Source: Savitreella phatthalungensis (Eukaryota). Taken from it: DNA of 64,000 nt. Shown piece by piece: positions 33,711 through 44,998 of this stretch; positions within the stretch are counted from its first letter, which is position 1; each line of letters starts with the position of its first letter. Where the stretch lies: assembly GCA_051599415.1 (NCBI GenBank), contig AP039690.1:496001-560000 (forward strand), read 5' to 3'. The notes below the pieces were generated by a model, which was given only the letters and a program-made list of their open reading frames with translations, was not told the origin of the DNA and ran no database searches. Made by a program: the position numbers and the translations under genes.

Positions 33711-34502
33711 TCGATCAGGTGCTGCTGCCAAACTTAATACTCGTGCTGACGCTTCATGAGCATCGTAGAGAGACCTGACCTCGGATAATGGTATTACTGG
33801 CATTCATGGAACGAACGACGGACAACATGGCAGGCTTGTGTCATCAGCGGCGCATGACAGCGGCTGGACTTGCCCCACGATGCTGCAGGCTACTGCCACT
33901 CCCGATAGATTGCTTCTGCTATGGGCATGCACCTGCTCAGCCATGGAGATACTGCTGTAGCCGACAGATAAAAGCTGATGCAGAGAGTAGTGGCTTGATT
34001 GAGTTGCCTGGATCTGGATCAATGTGCGTTGATCAATATCACTCACTCACTCACCCACGCACTCACCCACCCACCCACCCAATTACTCACCCACGCACGC
34101 GCTCACTCACTGCATCGACTCTCTTCAAGATCAAATATAAATTTATGCAAATCAGTTGAGGATTCTAATGAATTTCAAAATTTCAGGTTGATGAGATATT
34201 TCTCTAGCTGTGACATAATTCGTGAAAGTAGAAGTCAGAGCATTTCATCCCGAAAGATCTAACTAAACTGATCTAATTTAGATCTGTATCTCGAAGAGCT
34301 TCAGATCAATCAACGTTCACGTGTACTGTAGGGCAATTCTGATGTTCCCCCGGTGACGTCCCGATCGACCAACAACTGACGGAAACTCCAGGCTAGCACA
34401 CACTTTGCTACTCTACGCTAGTCCTCCTCCAGCACACTCCTGGAGAATATTCTACTCTATTGAACAGTTCAGACTGGTAGTAACAGCTCTTTCAGGGGTT
34501 GA

Positions 34503-36191
<1,689 letters not shown>

Positions 36192-36464
36192 CTGGCGAAC
36201 CCAAAGATATAGTCATCCAGCTCGCACGAGCGCTTTCCAGCGAGTTGCCCCTTCATAGAGTGTCCACATACAGTCATGCAACATATCAACCATCCTTGTA
36301 TCCACCAGCTTTCCAGTCGAAGCCATCCTTTACCCCACATGCATACTACACGAATGGATGCACAGACGACTGAGAACACACAGTATATCAATTACGTCAC
36401 GGAACTCTTAAGCCCCGAGATGGGCAGCAACCATCGATATGGGCGGTAGTGTGTGATAAAGAGA

Positions 36465-39400
36465 ATGACAGATGAGGAGAGATTGGCACCATTGCCTGCG
36501 GGCGCGACTGCTGCCGAGCGAATGGCTCATGTCAAAGCGTACCTAGCTCAGCAGGCAGAGAATGCGCCAGACACGGAGAGAGCTGTTGCAGCAGAAGCAG
36601 CGAACCGCGGCAGAGGTAGAGGCAGAGGTCGAGGACGTGGTAGGGGACGTGGCCGCGGCGGTGGCAATTTGAGCACCGAGACCGTCACAGGAGAAACGCA
36701 GCCGCCCACGAAAAGACCTAAACTCTCTCACGAGGACTCCGTTGCCTCGACGGCCAGCGCAGACAGTGATGTCCAGTGTGTCATTGACTGGCCAGACCAC
36801 TTCAAACACATAGCAAAGCTTCAGCAGGCGCTCAACACCATCTACACCTTTTGCTGTGCTCGCAAGCACCTCGCAACCACGTTCGAGACGATCCGGAGCA
36901 GCGTCGAGCGCGCCACTGGCAAACCGATGACGATCACCGAGGTTGCTCAAGTCAAAGCGCTCGTGCCAGACTCAATAAACTTTGACTACATCGATGAGGA
37001 CTCACTAGCTGTGCACACGCTCGAGCAGGGAGAGCGGTGGTCGACCAAGATGCACGAGGATATCTTCAAGGAGAAGAAACCGCTTGGCGAAATCGAGACT
37101 GTGCTCTTGTTCGAGTACACAGACGGAGAGCTCAAGCGCAAGATCAACAGGGATAAGGAAGGTCATGGCCGAAGGCTTCGTCCGGAACTCAAGATGCCAA
37201 CGTTCACACCACAGGCCATGAAGCGCCTGATCGACAAGCGCAACGCAAAATTCAAGCGGGCTGTCGACCTATTCATCAACGACTGTGTGGAGCGATCCAT
37301 CGACCCAGAACTCGAGCTCCAGTCAGTATACCCGAAGTACATCCCGATCAGGCCGACTGAGGAGACCTCCACACCATCGAACCCTTCGGGGCTCAAGGTT
37401 GCCAAACACAGACCGGCCATCTCGGCACTCGTGGAGGAGATGCGCATGTCCGCGGACTACCAGGGGCAGATGGTACCGGGTGGACATCGGACCATCGCCG
37501 CCAGAGCACCACAGTACGGCCAGCTGACGCGCGTCCTCTCACAAGCCCTCGTCGACGCACTCTACCAGACCAAGGGTATCACAAGTTTCTACTCTCATCA
37601 AGCAGAGGCCATCAACAATATTTGGGCTGGCCACAACGTCATCATTTCCACATCGACGTCTTCAGGCAAGTCGCTCATCTACCAGCTGCCCGTCTTGCAT
37701 GCCCTCGAGCAGGATCGTGACACGCGTGCCATGTATATATTCCCTACGAAGGCACTTGCTCAGGACCAGATGCGCTCCCTCAAAGACCTGCTTGCGTGCA
37801 TACCAGCACTGCGCGATATCGTTGTCGAGACGTTTGACGGCGATACTCCAATGGAACGACGGCAGTGGATTCGCGACTACGCTTCAATAATCTTTACCAA
37901 CCCGGACATGCTACACATTACCATCCTTCCGCAGGAGTCATCGTGGCGACAGTTCCTGAAGAATCTGAAATACGTCGTCGTCGACGAGCTACACGTGTAT
38001 AACGGGCTCTTCGGCAGCCACATGGCTTACATCATGCGGCGTCTCCGTCGCGTTTGCCACACTGTGGGGAATCGTAGGGCACAGTTCATCTCATGCAGTG
38101 CCACCATGGCACACCCAGAAGCACACATGGAGACCATCTTTGGTATCAAAGACATCTGTCTCACCAACGTCGATGGCTCGCCAAACGGCAGCAAGGAATT
38201 TATCTGCTGGAATCCTCCCTACATCGATCCGATCGACCCTGCTTCAGGCCGCGTCAACTCTCTTAAAGAAGCCTCGAGGCTTCTTATTTTCCTCATGCAG
38301 CACAACGTCCGCACGATCGCCTTTTGCAAAGTCAGGCAAGCTTGCGAGGTCTTCGTCAAGCAAGTGAGACAAGACCTGCAGGCGATCGACCGGTTGGACA
38401 TGCTCGAGCGTGTGATGAGTTACCGAGGCGGCTACACTGCACAAGATCGCCGCCGGATTGAGACTGAGATGTTCAAGGGCACACTGCTGGGCATCATCGC
38501 GACCAATGCGCTCGAGCTCGGTGTCGACATCGGCGGACTCGATGCCGTCCTCATGATCGGGTTCCCCTACAGTATCTCTGCGATGCGGCAGCAGAGCGGT
38601 CGCGCAGGCAGACGCAACCAGGACTCCCTTGCCATGTACATCGCCGACCCGTGGCCAATGGACCAACACTACATGGCCAACCCGGACGAACTCTTCTCGG
38701 CCCCGAATGCCGAGCTCCAGGTCGACCTGACAAACCCACTCATCATGGAGGGGCATCTGCAGTGCGCGGCGGCAGAAATGCCCATCAATCTGGAGCACGA
38801 TACCATTTTCTTCGGCGAGGGTCTAGCGCAGATCGCACATGAAAGACTCCAGCGTGACGCCAACGGATTCTTCCACTGCGCAGCACGCTTCCTCCCAACA
38901 CCTGCTCGCCAGGTCGCCATCCGCGACACGGAAGATGGTCACTTCGCGATCATCGACATCACAGGCGGTAAGAATATCGTGCTTGAGGAGCTGGAACCTT
39001 CGCGCGCATTCTTCACCGTGTACGAGGGGGCGATCTTCATGAATCAGGGAAGAACGTACCTGGTGCGTGAACTCAACACGGACGAACGATTTGCCAAAGT
39101 CGTTCTTGCGACAAACATCGAATGGACTACGAGACAGCGAGACTACACGGACACAGACCCAATCGAGACTGAGATCACGCGTCGAATCCCAAACTCGCCG
39201 TCCAAGGTGTTCTACGGTCCCGTGCGTATCAAGCGGATCGTGTATGGTTTCTTTAAGATCGACAAGCGGAACAACATCATGGATGCCGTCGACGTCGACA
39301 ATCCGCCGATTGTGATTTTGACGAAAGGTATGTGGATCGATGTGCCAAAGGCAGCGATCGAGTTGCTATCGCGCAAACGGATCAACTGCGCAGCCAGCAT

Positions 39401-39944
39401 CCACGCTGCAGAGCACGCACTCCTCAACCTTCTGCCGACATTCGTTATGAGCAACGAGGGCGAGATGCGGACAGAGTGCAAAGTGGCGATGAAGGAGCAT
39501 CTGCCGCGGGAGAGTCAAAGGAAGAGGCCTGCGCGTCTGACGCTTTACGATACCAAAGGTGGTGCGTCAGGGAGCGGGTTGAGTCTGAAGGCGTTTGAGT
39601 TTGTGCATGTGCTGTTGCGGCAGGCGATGGCGAGGTTGGCTCAGTGCAGATGCAACAACGGCTGTCCCTCATGCACGACCTCGAGTATCTGTACAGGTGA
39701 AGTCATGGACAAGGTCGGAGCGTCCGTCATCATCAAAATGCTAGCCGGTGTAGACATTGACGAGGACTCCGTGCCGATGGGGTCAGAGCCATCAGAAGAG
39801 CAAGCCTCGTGGACCATCCAAGTAGCGACGGAAGTGCGTGCGGCAGAAGGTCGGCGTGCGGACGTTGTGGAGGTCATCTCGGAATCGGATCAAGCACCTG
39901 TAGAGGGTCCATCACCTGTCGAGGTCAAGTCTGAGCCCACATAG
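36465..39944 (+). CDS. HRQ1: RecQ4-like helicase Hrq1 (SF2 helicase + DUF1998 Zn domain)
   Basis: TSTSSGKSL, PTKALAQDQ, VVDELH, TNALELGVDIG, QQSGRAGR, C-terminal CRCNNGCPSC; first in-frame ATG at 36465. Confidence 0.93.
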   Translation: MTDEERLAPLPAGATAAERMAHVKAYLAQQAENAPDTERAVAAEAANRGRGRGRGRGRGRGRGRGGGNLSTETVTGETQPPTKRPKLSHEDSVASTASADSDVQCVIDWPDHFKHIAKLQQALNTIYTFCCARKHLATTFETIRSSVERATGKPMTITEVAQVKALVPDSINFDYIDEDSLAVHTLEQGERWSTKMHEDIFKEKKPLGEIETVLLFEYTDGELKRKINRDKEGHGRRLRPELKMPTFTPQAMKRLIDKRNAKFKRAVDLFINDCVERSIDPELELQSVYPKYIPIRPTEETSTPSNPSGLKVAKHRPAISALVEEMRMSADYQGQMVPGGHRTIAARAPQYGQLTRVLSQALVDALYQTKGITSFYSHQAEAINNIWAGHNVIISTSTSSGKSLIYQLPVLHALEQDRDTRAMYIFPTKALAQDQMRSLKDLLACIPALRDIVVETFDGDTPMERRQWIRDYASIIFTNPDMLHITILPQESSWRQFLKNLKYVVVDELHVYNGLFGSHMAYIMRRLRRVCHTVGNRRAQFISCSATMAHPEAHMETIFGIKDICLTNVDGSPNGSKEFICWNPPYIDPIDPASGRVNSLKEASRLLIFLMQHNVRTIAFCKVRQACEVFVKQVRQDLQAIDRLDMLERVMSYRGGYTAQDRRRIETEMFKGTLLGIIATNALELGVDIGGLDAVLMIGFPYSISAMRQQSGRAGRRNQDSLAMYIADPWPMDQHYMANPDELFSAPNAELQVDLTNPLIMEGHLQCAAAEMPINLEHDTIFFGEGLAQIAHERLQRDANGFFHCAARFLPTPARQVAIRDTEDGHFAIIDITGGKNIVLEELEPSRAFFTVYEGAIFMNQGRTYLVRELNTDERFAKVVLATNIEWTTRQRDYTDTDPIETEITRRIPNSPSKVFYGPVRIKRIVYGFFKIDKRNNIMDAVDVDNPPIVILTKGMWIDVPKAAIELLSRKRINCAASIHAAEHALLNLLPTFVMSNEGEMRTECKVAMKEHLPRESQRKRPARLTLYDTKGGASGSGLSLKAFEFVHVLLRQAMARLAQCRCNNGCPSCTTSSICTGEVMDKVGASVIIKMLAGVDIDEDSVPMGSEPSEEQASWTIQVATEVRAAEGRRADVVEVISESDQAPVEGPSPVEVKSEPT

Positions 39945-39961
39945 AAAAGTCCCAACTTGCA

Positions 39962-40660
39962 TCACCAGCTGAACAACTTCTTCTTCTTCTGCAGCTGGGT
40001 CTCACGCTTGAGCCAGATTCGCGCGTGACCGGGAACGTCGACGTAGAGTGTACGCATCTCTGTAGATCCATCCGGTTTTTCAACCTCCTCGAGATGAGCA
40101 GTCCCGTACCCGAGCGGACCTTCCACGTGGAACACCATCACCACACGACCGTCCTCTGTACGGATCGACTGTACCGGCCCACCACGACGACCATACCCTC
40201 CACCGCCAGCGCGCTGGCCGTAGAACTTCATATCGCGGGGACCGCCGATGAGTCGACGGCATTCATCACTCGCTTTCACGAGGTCGATGGCGTTGTGGAG
40301 GTACTGGGTCTCGAAGAACAAGTTGGACACTAGCGCCCACAGGACCACACCCACAAGGCCCACACCGGCCACCACCACCACAAAGTACGAGCTCGTGGCT
40401 GTTGCTCTGCCGACCTTGCTGATCAGTGAAGGCTTCCGGACAATCTTCTGAGCAGTCTGAGCCTGGCCGATCGGCGTGCTACCCGTGGAAGGGTCATCGG
40501 TTGTGGGACCTGCAGCGTCTTCTGCACGTGCAGAGGTCGATGCCGATCTGTGAGCAATAGCTAGTCGAGTGGAGAAGAGCACAAGTGGCTGGCGAAGAAA
40601 GGAAGGCTGAGCGGCGGCCAAAAGCCTTCTCGTCGCTTGCAGCTGCGTCCTAGAGCTCAT
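39962..40660 (-). CDS. TIM21: Mitochondrial import subunit Tim21
   Basis: Presequence from ATG 40660, single TM (YFVVVVAGVGLVGVVLWALV), MVFHVEGPLGYGTAHLE and LYVDVPG motifs. Confidence 0.8.
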   Translation of the reverse strand: MSSRTQLQATRRLLAAAQPSFLRQPLVLFSTRLAIAHRSASTSARAEDAAGPTTDDPSTGSTPIGQAQTAQKIVRKPSLISKVGRATATSSYFVVVVAGVGLVGVVLWALVSNLFFETQYLHNAIDLVKASDECRRLIGGPRDMKFYGQRAGGGGYGRRGGPVQSIRTEDGRVVMVFHVEGPLGYGTAHLEEVEKPDGSTEMRTLYVDVPGHARIWLKRETQLQKKKKLFSW

Positions 40661-41646
40661 CACCAGGAACACAAGCAGTCGGAGATTGACGTGGAGATGG
40701 GAAGAGGAGTGTATGTAGATATGTAGACTAGGTGATCGACAGAGGTCAGTAATGTACTGTATACTGTACTTTGTGAGAAGCTGGTCACGTGCTCGCGGAT
40801 TGATCGAGCCTTCCTGGACACTGAATTCATCGATGCATATGTGTACATATTCACAGTGTATAAACTTTGAATTTGTCGCCCCCACCCAGCGACTGACTGA
40901 TGCAGTCCAAGTCAGGGTCATACATGGTGCCCTTACAGGAATGGATTATAAGCTTTAGCACTACATGCAGTATCGCTGATCGATCGAGTCTCTTATAATT
41001 TCAAATGACTCCTCCACAAAATATACCGCTATATATAGTGAAAGACTGGACTCGAGGATGAGCGTCTAAATCAATTTAGATAAATTGTTCAATTATGGGA
41101 TCGAAGTTCTGAATAATTAACAATATGAAATCCATGAAGCTTCTAATGATCGTTCAGTGGACGATAGTGTGGCTTATAGCTGATCATTAACACGATCATA
41201 GCTAAATTATATCTGAAATATTGAAATCAATATACAGCTGATACATGTACGTACGTATGTATACTATACATACTAAATGTCTCTTGACTTTCTAATTCTA
41301 ATTTCATCCACAAACGATCCTCCTCATCTCACACCCGGCACGGATCTCATACTTGCACATATTCGCGCGCGTGCGCGCCTCCGTGTCAACTACCACAACC
41401 CGTCTACCGAAAGTTGAGAGAGGTGGGAAGCACTGGGTCGAGCAGCTCATACACTCCCTCTTGTCAATCGACCGCATCAGAAAATAGGTATCTACATTAC
41501 CTACAGCGCAGTTCTGACACTTCCTCCTTGATTCATCGCTATTCGCGATACAATCCGTTTCTAAACGAGACCCTTGCCTTTCAACCGCAATAGACACTTC
41601 TGCCCGTCAACTTACCTGACCTTCTTCAGTTCAGGACTCCATCATC

Positions 41647-43029
41647 ATGTCTGCCAACACAGCTGGCAAGTCCGAGGCACAGGCCTTCTTCACCAAAATG
41701 AGGCTCAAGAACAAGACATGCTTCGATTGCGGGGCGAAGAACCCGACATGGTCAAGTGTCCCATACGGAGTACTCCTGTGTCTCGACTGTAGCTCAGTCC
41801 ACCGCAACATGGGCGTACATCTTTCATTCGTCAGATCGACCGTACTCGACACTTGGACTTGGGAGCAACTGCGGCTGATGCGTGTCGGTGGCAACGCTGC
41901 TGCGGCTGAATATCTCAAGAAGCACGGCGGAGCGTCCTTGTTGAGCACGAAAGATGCAAAGATCAAGTACTCGAGCAAGCAGGCGCAGAATTACAAAGAG
42001 GAGATCAAGAAGCGTGCAGAACTTGATGCAAAGCAGCACCCTGATTTCGACTTTGACGAGGACGTTGTCGACCCAGAGGATGCCGATTCAGAAGGCAAAG
42101 ATGATGACGACTTCTTCTCCTCCTGGGATAAGCCAGCGATCGTCCGAGCAACACCACCACCTTCCAGAACCGCGACACCACCAGTTCTCGGCAGATCTGC
42201 ATCACCGCTCGTCCCTGGCGGCGCCGGCGAGGCGAAACCTGCACCTGCAGCTACTAATCTACGCAAGGTCACATCATCCGCCGGCGCATCTGGCTCATCT
42301 GCTTCAAGTACGAGACGACCGCTCGGTTCTGGTGCAAAGAAATCGTCAAAGGTTGCGGCAAAGAAGATTGGAGGTGACATCGATTTCGAGGCTGCAGAAA
42401 AGGCAGCAAAAGAGGAGGCTGAGCGGATCGCCAAGCTGGGATACGATGCCGCGGAGGAGGAGCGCCTTGCGGCGGAGAAGAAGCAGAAGGCAAAGGAATC
42501 TGCATCCGCTGCAAGAGCTGCATCTGGCTCTGCAGCAGCAACGCCAGCAGCGACAGCATCACATGCTCGTGCAGTCGAAGACACACGTGCAAAGGTCCAA
42601 CGACTCGGATTCGGCATGACCGCGAACGCACCGAAGGCCGCACCACCAAAACGTTCTGGATTCGGCTCAACCGGAACGAGTTCCCCTGCAGCGGACGAGC
42701 CCACGACAGCACGCGACAAGTACGCAAACCAGAAGAGCATCAGCAGCGATCAGTACTTTGGCCGCAATCAGTACGATTCTGCAGCTGCACAGGAGGCAAA
42801 GCAGCGACTCGGTGGTTTCCAGGGAGCACAATCCATCTCGTCCAACCAGTACTTTGGCCGGCCGGAAGAGGATCTCGAGGATGGTGGAGATGGGGACGAT
42901 CTCGAGGCTACAGCACGTCAGTATATTTCCAAATTCAGAGATCTCGATATGGATCAAGCAAAGGAAATGCTCGGAACCGGTGCTGTCAAGCTAGGCAGGA
43001 TGATTGACGACTTTGCAAGAAATTTCTAA
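41647..43029 (+). CDS. GLO3: ArfGAP Glo3/ArfGAP2-3
   Basis: [32 protein letters not shown] zinc finger; twin Glo3 motifs SISSDQYFG and SISSNQYFG. Confidence 0.95.
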   Translation: MSANTAGKSEAQAFFTKMRLKNKTCFDCGAKNPTWSSVPYGVLLCLDCSSVHRNMGVHLSFVRSTVLDTWTWEQLRLMRVGGNAAAAEYLKKHGGASLLSTKDAKIKYSSKQAQNYKEEIKKRAELDAKQHPDFDFDEDVVDPEDADSEGKDDDDFFSSWDKPAIVRATPPPSRTATPPVLGRSASPLVPGGAGEAKPAPAATNLRKVTSSAGASGSSASSTRRPLGSGAKKSSKVAAKKIGGDIDFEAAEKAAKEEAERIAKLGYDAAEEERLAAEKKQKAKESASAARAASGSAAATPAATASHARAVEDTRAKVQRLGFGMTANAPKAAPPKRSGFGSTGTSSPAADEPTTARDKYANQKSISSDQYFGRNQYDSAAAQEAKQRLGGFQGAQSISSNQYFGRPEEDLEDGGDGDDLEATARQYISKFRDLDMDQAKEMLGTGAVKLGRMIDDFARNF

Positions 43030-43487
43030 CAACGCTATTCTCGATCTCGATAGGAGATGATGGCAATTGGTAGCGACTACAAAGCGACAGGTCAGAGCGA
43101 TAGCAGAAGCATTTGGACACGATTCGAACCTCGAGAATGAGAGAGAAAGCCAGAGACTATGAGCCTTCTCGTCCATGACTGTCGCCGCTCCTTGATGTCC
43201 TATGCATATATACTATGTGGATGTTGGCTATTTTGTGCATTCGATTGATCAGATTTCGGAATTCTTGCTCAAGTGCGTCATCACCAATTAGATTGATCAA
43301 TCAGTCAGTCAAGCAGTGCATGATAACCAAAGTCGCTAACGTTCAAGCTACTGCACGGGGGAAGTCCATTCACCCAGTCCCACGTAACGGCCATCTCCGC
43401 AACGGCATCCAACCACACTCAGACGCAACAAGTAGACACACAGAAGAGTCATAAGCTCAGTCATCAAAGCACATCACAACTAGATCG

Positions 43488-44837
43488 ATGCGCTCTTTAC
43501 TTCTTGCAGCAGGTGCCGTTGCAGGTTTCCTGCACAACGTTGCGCTTGATGGTGACGTCGACCAGCAACTTGCCCAGCTTCAACAACTCGAGGAGCTCGC
43601 TAATGAGGACCTTCGTCTGATCTCGCTCGGTGACGGACCCAGACAGCAGAAATGGATGCTAGAATCTGACAAGGATGCTCTTCGTCGCGCCGGCATCCGT
43701 TTCATGGATGTCACTGACCACCGCGATCTCGGTGCCCTAAATGCCGAACGTCTCGTTACCGTTCAATCTACCGGGAAGAAGCACAAGAAGGGCAAGAAGG
43801 GGAAGAAGGGAAAGAAGCACGAGGACAAGAAGCACGAGCCAAAACCATTCCCGAAAGAGCTGTCGAAGAATGTCCCCTTTGTCAAGTCACTCATCGGCAA
43901 CATCACCCAGGACAACATGCGTGCAAACCTCGAAATCCTTTCGGGCTTCCACAATCGCTACTGGAAGTCTTCGTACGGCGCGGCTTCCTCCACTTTCCTC
44001 TACCACCTCGTCCAGAATGTTACGTCTGCAGGCACACATGTCCACAAGAATTTGACTGTGCGACAGTTTGAGCACCCGTGGGGACAGCACTCGATCATTG
44101 CTCGAATCCCAGGGTACGTCGACCCTGAGACTGTGGTCGTGGTCGGTGCCCACCAGGATTCAGCCAACTTGTTCTTGCCGACGATCATGCCGGCTCCTGG
44201 TGCGGACGATGACGGATCAGGAACTGTGACGACGCTCGAAGTTCTCCGGGTTCTCCTGTCGGCTGGCGAGTCATGGAAGCCTCGGAACACAGTCGAGTTC
44301 CACTGGTACAGTGCAGAGGAAGGTGGCCTGCTCGGCTCCCAGGCAGTCTTTGCTGACTACGAGCGCAGAGGAATCGATGTCGCCGCCATGCTCCAGCAGG
44401 ACATGACTGGCTACGTTCCTCAACAGCGTCTACCACCCTCCACCGAGTCCACGACCAAGCACCACAACCACGAAAGCATCACAGGCCGAAAGACGTTCCT
44501 GAAGCGTGATGCTGTTGCACCTACAGCTGACACTCCTGAGTCACTCGGTGTGATTGTGGACTTTGTGGATGAGAAGCTGACGGATTTTATCAAGTTGGTT
44601 GTGTCGACGTACTGCGCGATTCCGTTCGTGGAGACGAAGTGCGGGTACGCCTGCTCTGACCACGCGTCCGCGTCGAGAGCTGGGTACAGGTCGGCGTTTG
44701 TGATCGAGTCATCATTCGAGAACTCAAACCACTTCATCCACTCAAACCAGGACACCATCGACAAGCTCAGCTTCCCACACATGGCAGAGCATGCCAAACT
44801 CACACTCGGCTATGCAGTCGAACTAGGCTCTTTCTAA
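43488..44837 (+). CDS. LAP1: Secreted leucine aminopeptidase, peptidase family M28
   Basis: Signal-like N-terminus, GAHQDS, APGADDDGSG, YSAEEGGLLGS, QDMTGY, CGYACSDHAS, IHSNQD. Confidence 0.92.
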   Translation: MRSLLLAAGAVAGFLHNVALDGDVDQQLAQLQQLEELANEDLRLISLGDGPRQQKWMLESDKDALRRAGIRFMDVTDHRDLGALNAERLVTVQSTGKKHKKGKKGKKGKKHEDKKHEPKPFPKELSKNVPFVKSLIGNITQDNMRANLEILSGFHNRYWKSSYGAASSTFLYHLVQNVTSAGTHVHKNLTVRQFEHPWGQHSIIARIPGYVDPETVVVVGAHQDSANLFLPTIMPAPGADDDGSGTVTTLEVLRVLLSAGESWKPRNTVEFHWYSAEEGGLLGSQAVFADYERRGIDVAAMLQQDMTGYVPQQRLPPSTESTTKHHNHESITGRKTFLKRDAVAPTADTPESLGVIVDFVDEKLTDFIKLVVSTYCAIPFVETKCGYACSDHASASRAGYRSAFVIESSFENSNHFIHSNQDTIDKLSFPHMAEHAKLTLGYAVELGSF

Positions 44838-44998
44838 GTTATCCACATGACTCAAAATTGATAGATACATCATTTGATTGAATCCCCCCGATCGTCAGAG
44901 ACGATCGTGAGAGCGTATGTAAAGGGATCATATATCCAGTGTGTAAAAGGTGGTATGTTGTTGCGTACATGTATGTGTGTGTGTGTATTTTGCGGGAA

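Noticed and set aside
33770..33800. CCTGA..GGATAAT resembling a TPP riboswitch core (also GCTGAGA near 49966)
   Set aside because: The remaining conserved elements and pairing are absent, and no thiamine gene is adjacent
43111..43165. tRNA-like A/B-box words on the minus strand (TAGTCTCTGG ... GGTTCGAATC)
   Set aside because: The T-stem does not pair, spacing is too short and there is no cloverleaf; at most an isolated B-box
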